The notes beneath the pieces are model-generated. The model was not told the DNA's origin. It saw nothing but the letters and a program-made list of their open reading frames with translations, and made no database searches. Both the position numbers and the translations under genes were made by a program. Shown here piece after piece: positions 27,352 through 32,000 of a DNA stretch of 32,000 nucleotides. Positions within the stretch are counted from its first letter, which is position 1. The number at the start of each line of letters is the position of its first letter. Source of the stretch: Raphidiopsis brookii D9 (lineage in GTDB: Bacteria; Cyanobacteriota; Cyanobacteriia; Cyanobacteriales; Nostocaceae); contig ACYB01000001.1 of assembly GCA_000175855.1 (NCBI GenBank), positions 5,576 through 37,575 of the forward strand. Reading direction: 5' to 3'.

Positions 27352-28029
27352 TTATGTGATAGCTTTTCTCAATTGCTTGAGAGTATTACCAATACCGACA
27401 AAACTTTGGTCTTGAGACAGACGTTTGAGAGTTGGCGGATTGCTTTCGATAACAATACCGTTGTAAGCATTAATAGCAGCACTAAGTTTATTAATATTAA
27501 CGCTGAATGCTGCACCTGCTTGTGCCACCGTAGTATTATCTTTCAGATTCTTAGCGCCAACCAACATAGCACTTGGCAAAGACCCAGTCGAAGGTGAGAA
27601 TAAACCATTAAGAGCATTTACCAAGGCTGCTGCTAGCTGTGGACTAATACCAGCGGTTGTCAGAGTAGCTGTAATTTGTGCAGCTGCTTCCTGAGATCCT
27701 GCACCCCCAGTCAGCAGTGAAGACAGGGCTGCGGTATTAGATGCGCCACCAAGAGATCCAAGTATACCAGGAACCAGCTGATTTAATGCTGCCTGAGCTT
27801 GAGGCGAAACGGCCGGTGGTGGTGGTTGTGAGGGAATTGATGGTCCTATTGGTAGTGGTAGTGGTACGTACGGTAATGTATTTCCACTGCTACCCCCCGG
27901 TTGTGTTTTGCCAATTGGTCCTGGTGATGCTTGGGGTGAGGCTTGAGCATCCCGATTGGTCAATTGCAAAGACGCTAATAAGAAGGGGAATAGGCTCAAG
28001 GCAAAAATGAGACTTTTGGGTTTTAACAT
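27352..28029 (-). CDS. exported Ala/Pro/Gly-rich hypothetical protein
   Basis: N-terminal signal peptide MLKPKSLIFALSLFPFLLASLQLTNRDAQA; 225 aa; no domain recognised. Confidence 0.6.
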   Translation of the reverse strand: MLKPKSLIFALSLFPFLLASLQLTNRDAQASPQASPGPIGKTQPGGSSGNTLPYVPLPLPIGPSIPSQPPPPAVSPQAQAALNQLVPGILGSLGGASNTAALSSLLTGGAGSQEAAAQITATLTTAGISPQLAAALVNALNGLFSPSTGSLPSAMLVGAKNLKDNTTVAQAGAAFSVNINKLSAAINAYNGIVIESNPPTLKRLSQDQSFVGIGNTLKQLRKAIT

Positions 28030-28050
28030 GATGATATCTACTAACTTATT

Positions 28051-29043
28051 TTACTTAGGTAAAAAATTGAAACCATAGCTGACGCTCAAAGAAAGTATGG
28101 TGCCACCAGGGCTATTATTAGTGATATCCGCACCCTGGGCTGTAATTATTAAAGGTATGGTGGGTACGGGAACATAGGAAGCACCAAGGTTAAAACCTAC
28201 TCCACTCCAACCGAAACCCACGCCCAATTGGGGTTCGACTTGCATACCCACACTGCCAAACACCCCTGTGCTAGCAAATCCTTGTCGGAATGGGCCACCG
28301 CCAGCACCGAAGGAAAAGGAGAAAGGCATTTTATTGACTTCATCATTTGGCTGCAACAGGGAGTAACTAGTAACCACACCGTAAACGCCAGAAGGGGTAA
28401 CACCATCAGTACCATACTGGGCAAAATAGTTCCAACCTGCGGCTACAGCTACCCGGTTATTGCCCTGAGCGTAGACAAGGCGGTGAACTTTCAGGTCAAA
28501 ACTGCCATTGGATCCAAATTTTCTAATACTATTATTGCTAAAACCCAATTCCAGGGCACCAAATTTACTAGAGTCCCCTATGCCAGCACCAACGTTGATA
28601 CCACCATCTATTGTATCTCTGAGTTTACCAGGGGTTGTTCCTGTTAGTCCTATAAAAACATCACCCGTATTAGCACCGAAAGCGCTCATACCTGCAAAAG
28701 TGAGACCAGGGGGATAAGTGGGTTTTTGCGAACCCATTGTTTCGGTTTTTACCAAAGGTTCGATTAGTAGTTCCTGGCGAATTCTTGTCACTTCTTCCGG
28801 ACTAATGTTTTCAGCCTGTGAAATCTTTTGTGGAGAAGCAATGGAGCTAGTTTCTTCAACGGAAATGGGAGTTAGGTTTAATAATTCTGCTGAAGGCTGA
28901 TCACCTTCTTTGGCCAAGGTTGAACCTGCGGATAGTGCTGCTGTTAAAAGTAAGCCAGGTATTGCTCCCCTAAGCAATAGTCTGTGCCATCTATCACGGG
29001 CTATGACTGAATACTTTATGTTATTCAAGGTATGACTCCTCAC
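28051..29043 (-). CDS. exported, possibly outer-membrane beta-barrel, hypothetical protein
   Basis: Signal-like LLLRGAIPGLLLTAALSAGSTLAK; C-terminal half made of alternating Gly/aromatic strands ending in SLSVSYGFNF-type strands; 21 nt upstream of the 27352-28029 gene. Confidence 0.55.
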   Translation of the reverse strand: MRSHTLNNIKYSVIARDRWHRLLLRGAIPGLLLTAALSAGSTLAKEGDQPSAELLNLTPISVEETSSIASPQKISQAENISPEEVTRIRQELLIEPLVKTETMGSQKPTYPPGLTFAGMSAFGANTGDVFIGLTGTTPGKLRDTIDGGINVGAGIGDSSKFGALELGFSNNSIRKFGSNGSFDLKVHRLVYAQGNNRVAVAAGWNYFAQYGTDGVTPSGVYGVVTSYSLLQPNDEVNKMPFSFSFGAGGGPFRQGFASTGVFGSVGMQVEPQLGVGFGWSGVGFNLGASYVPVPTIPLIITAQGADITNNSPGGTILSLSVSYGFNFLPK

Positions 29044-29282
29044 TGGATGCTTTATAGCTGCAAGTTTGTGGACAAATGTCTAGACATTCCCCCAGACTAG
29101 TTAATATTAGATCTTAATATACAGTATCATGAAACCACTGATTCGCAAAGCTGCTAATTGTCAAGTTTTGTGTAAATTTTTGTTACCGTAGGGCAATCCT
29201 ACAAAGAATGAGCTGAGTGCTAAAAGCTACTAAAAGCTAGGAGTGATAATTGGCCCCGGGGGATCACCCAGAGCCAAAGATC

Positions 29283-31667
29283 TTAAATGCTCAATGTCAG
29301 AGCGAAAACTCCGTCATTGAAATCGTTGTTAGAGTATTGAGTGTAACTAACAGGTAAATCCTCAAATCCATAGACACCGTTACCATAGGAGCGGAAGTGA
29401 TGAGATCCGTCGGGATTAGCCGCGCCAAAGCTAAAATAGGCTACGGGTTCCTGAACAAATCTAGGTGCATTGTTAAATATGTCACCATTTTTTCCTTCAA
29501 TATCAACTAGGTTTCGGACATATTGAGGTGCAGCGCTAAACCGATTTATGTCTCCCTGTTCAGCAGCGACGAAATCTTCTATTCCTTGATTACCCGGGAA
29601 GTAGGTTCCTCCATTGGCAATGGCAAAGGGAGCGTACAATTTGCCTGCAAGAACTGAAACACCTGATCCCAATTGTGTTGCCGTGCTGGGAGTATCATTG
29701 CCACCAGCTCTCACTGCGAAGTTCTTAACTCTGGCAGTGGTGAGAGCATGAAGTGCATAATTGGCATCTTCTGGTTTTAAAGTCTTACCTTGGTCATCCT
29801 TTATTTCACCCTGACTATTCAGCACCTCATAGAGTCCAATTATGTGATTAAAGTTAGATTTAGTGCCGTTTTGAACACTTGTAACTTCATCCGGAGTGGC
29901 AGATCCTCTGTTTGTATCTAAAATTACATTTCCGTTGGATTGTGCTGTGAAAATCAAACCTGTAGAGATATTAACTTTGGGTGTAACTACATTGGGGTTG
30001 AAACGATTATCGTCAGTAAATTTGCTGATGAATGCATCATAGCCACTACCACTCTTGTTTTGCCCATCGAGGTTGCCGTCAGTTCCACCGCCAACATATA
30101 TGGAGCCATCTTTTCCAGTATTCAAGGTCCGGACAAAATCATTGCTAGGGGTAACTAACGTGTTTATCCAAGACTGAGTGCCATCAACATTGTACTTACT
30201 GATAAAGCGATCGGATGATTGTATTCGTATAAGATCATCACTACTGGGACTACTGAAGTTCCTACTGTAAGTGCCAGTAAACCCGCCCACATAGATAGAG
30301 TTATTACTGCTAGTGCTTGCAAGTCCAAAATTATCTTTATCATCACCTAATAACTTTGTCCAAATTTTTGTCCCACCAGGATCGTATTTGCTAAGAAATG
30401 CATCAAACAAACCATTATTGGTTTGACCATCCAAATTTCCATCGGTAGCGCCGCTAACATATACATACCCGAAACTGTCTACAGCTAAACTTGTAGCTAT
30501 GTCACTACTAGATGTCCCTAATAAGCGTGTCCAAACCCTAGTACCATCCGAAGTATATTTAGTGATAAATGCATCGCCAGAAAGGCCGGAAGAATCGCCA
30601 TTATAGTTTTCGCTATTCAGGTTACCTTGGGTAGAGCCAGCAGCATAGATGGATCCATCACTCCCAAGAACCACCGCATAAGCGAAATCATCACCACCAG
30701 TTGTCCCTAATGAGCGTCTCCAAACCAAATTACCATCCGAACTGTATTTAGCAATAACCGCATCATATTTAGGAATAACGGCATTAGAGGAACCGCTTTC
30801 ACGAGTTCCGCCTACAACATAAATAGAGCCGTCACTACCTGTGGTGATGGCTCGGCTGAGTATATCATAGGAACTAGTTCCAAGATTCTTCTTCCAAACC
30901 TGAGTCCCATCTTCTGGTTTATTTTTAGTGATAAACCCCCCTTCGTTAGCAACATAGATAGAGCCGTCACTACCTGTGGTGACGGTAGAGTAGTCTTTAG
31001 CGTATGGCTTCTTCCAAACCTGAGTCCCATCTGGTTTATATTTAGCGATAAACCCCTCGGTTGTAAGAGTAGAACCCACAACATAGACAGAGTCATCAGT
31101 TCCCATAGCCAATCCGGTAGCAACTTCATTACTACCAACATTACCTAATAGTCTCGTCCAGTCTGGGGGATTTGTATTCTGTTCTACCTCTACTCCTTTG
31201 CCATCAATAGTTACCACGACCCGATCATCTTCTGCTTTTAACCGATCAATCTCATCCTTATTCAACTTTTTATCCGTCACCAAACCAGCAAAATATTCTC
31301 CCTCATCACCGGGAGTATCTATTTGATTAATCCTGCTATCAACAAAATGCCCTATTTCTTCTATAAGCACTTCTCTGATTTTTGATGATGTGCCATTTTC
31401 CATCAAATTGCTTGATAGATAAATCCTGTTCTCACTCGATGAGTAAGCACCATTAGCACTACCTAAAATGCTGCTATCTAAAATCTCTATTTCCGGTAAC
31501 TGGCTAAAATCCCCTATTTGCCACTGCGATCGCAGGATTTCCGCATTTTTTCTATTATATTCTGTGCCAAATGCTGCATACAAATACTCCCAGAAATCAC
31601 TTGATAAAGAGAAAACCCAGAGTTGGTTTAATGCACTATTTAATGCCTGATTAGTTATTTTTGTCAC
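29283..31667 (-). CDS. large surface/exported-type protein: degenerate metallopeptidase-like N-terminus, SBBP-type beta-propeller repeats, DUF4114-like C-terminus
   Basis: N-terminal VLIEEIGHFVDSRINQIDTPGDEG; repeated units GSDGSIYVVG.....DAFI(T/S)KY..DGT..W.(R/K)LLG; C-terminal VAYFSFGAANPDGSHHFRSYGNGVYGFEDLP...DFNDGVFALTL. Confidence 0.8.
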   Translation of the reverse strand: MTKITNQALNSALNQLWVFSLSSDFWEYLYAAFGTEYNRKNAEILRSQWQIGDFSQLPEIEILDSSILGSANGAYSSSENRIYLSSNLMENGTSSKIREVLIEEIGHFVDSRINQIDTPGDEGEYFAGLVTDKKLNKDEIDRLKAEDDRVVVTIDGKGVEVEQNTNPPDWTRLLGNVGSNEVATGLAMGTDDSVYVVGSTLTTEGFIAKYKPDGTQVWKKPYAKDYSTVTTGSDGSIYVANEGGFITKNKPEDGTQVWKKNLGTSSYDILSRAITTGSDGSIYVVGGTRESGSSNAVIPKYDAVIAKYSSDGNLVWRRSLGTTGGDDFAYAVVLGSDGSIYAAGSTQGNLNSENYNGDSSGLSGDAFITKYTSDGTRVWTRLLGTSSSDIATSLAVDSFGYVYVSGATDGNLDGQTNNGLFDAFLSKYDPGGTKIWTKLLGDDKDNFGLASTSSNNSIYVGGFTGTYSRNFSSPSSDDLIRIQSSDRFISKYNVDGTQSWINTLVTPSNDFVRTLNTGKDGSIYVGGGTDGNLDGQNKSGSGYDAFISKFTDDNRFNPNVVTPKVNISTGLIFTAQSNGNVILDTNRGSATPDEVTSVQNGTKSNFNHIIGLYEVLNSQGEIKDDQGKTLKPEDANYALHALTTARVKNFAVRAGGNDTPSTATQLGSGVSVLAGKLYAPFAIANGGTYFPGNQGIEDFVAAEQGDINRFSAAPQYVRNLVDIEGKNGDIFNNAPRFVQEPVAYFSFGAANPDGSHHFRSYGNGVYGFEDLPVSYTQYSNNDFNDGVFALTLSI

Positions 31668-32000
31668 GGTCTAAAACCTCACACAATAGTTTTTTAAGTC
31701 ACTTGAAAGTGTAAATTCCAACAAAACTACTTACCTTCCAAAAGAATCAGCACGTTGAAGGTTAACCTCCATGGGCCTTTTCTCATCGGATCGGCAAAAA
31801 CAGACAAATCTAGTATACTAACAGCGTACCATAAAAATTCTCCCAGCAATTATAACACTTATTTGTATTTGAAGTAAACAATATATAATACATTCTCATC
31901 ATAAATGGAATAAAAAAATTAAGTTCTCCTTCAAAAGGGGGAGTTTTAGACTAAACATGATCTATAGTGATAGTGGCAGATTTATATTTTAAAGTTTTTT

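Noticed and set aside
27741-28647. Several plus-strand ORFs (89 and 139 aa, among others)
   Set aside because: Antisense to the two exported-protein genes, whose signal peptides and tandem arrangement are more convincing.
31925-31955. Possible terminator hairpin CTCCTTCAAAAGGGGGAGTTTT
   Set aside because: The stem needs several G-U pairs and the T tract is short; too weak to call.
1-32000. CRISPR array, tRNA or rRNA genes, complete insertion sequence, phage genes
   Set aside because: Looked for regularly spaced repeats, tRNA-like T-loop motifs and transposase motifs; none found. The only tandem arrays are the 12-bp and 72-bp repeats described above.

Overview
Cyanobacterial chromosomal window. 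Several GCGATCGC (HIP1-type) octamers, moderate/low GC, and a Psb35-like and GUN4-like gene content point to a Nostocales-type genome. From about 8.5 kb rightwards it is mostly ordinary housekeeping: dnaX, rpsA, HAD, TPR protein, PstB-like ATPase, NUDIX, folK, Psb35-like, class A PBP, TerB-like, rsmB, lipoprotein, peptide deformylase, HtrA/Deg protease, dnaN and a 2-Cys peroxiredoxin. It ends with two exported proteins of unknown function and a large SBBP/DUF4114 surface-type protein. The first ~8.4 kb looks accessory. It holds a minus-strand BREX module (brxB, then a long brxC running off the left edge; brxC is absent from the supplied ORF track, apparently because it is open at the edge). 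It also holds a 50-aa small ORF with a good Shine-Dalgarno that falls below the ORF length cutoff, a divergent queE, a C-terminal scrap of a PD-(D/E)XK_9/AAA-ATPase-like gene, an AlbA_2/Schlafen-type ATP-binding protein, two tandem DUF29 genes and a GUN4-like paralogue. I see no convincing wholly new system. The best candidates for follow-up are the BREX locus with no brxA next to brxB, the associated small ORF, and the neighbouring AlbA_2-DUF29-DUF29 cluster. No CRISPR array, tRNA or rRNA was recognised.
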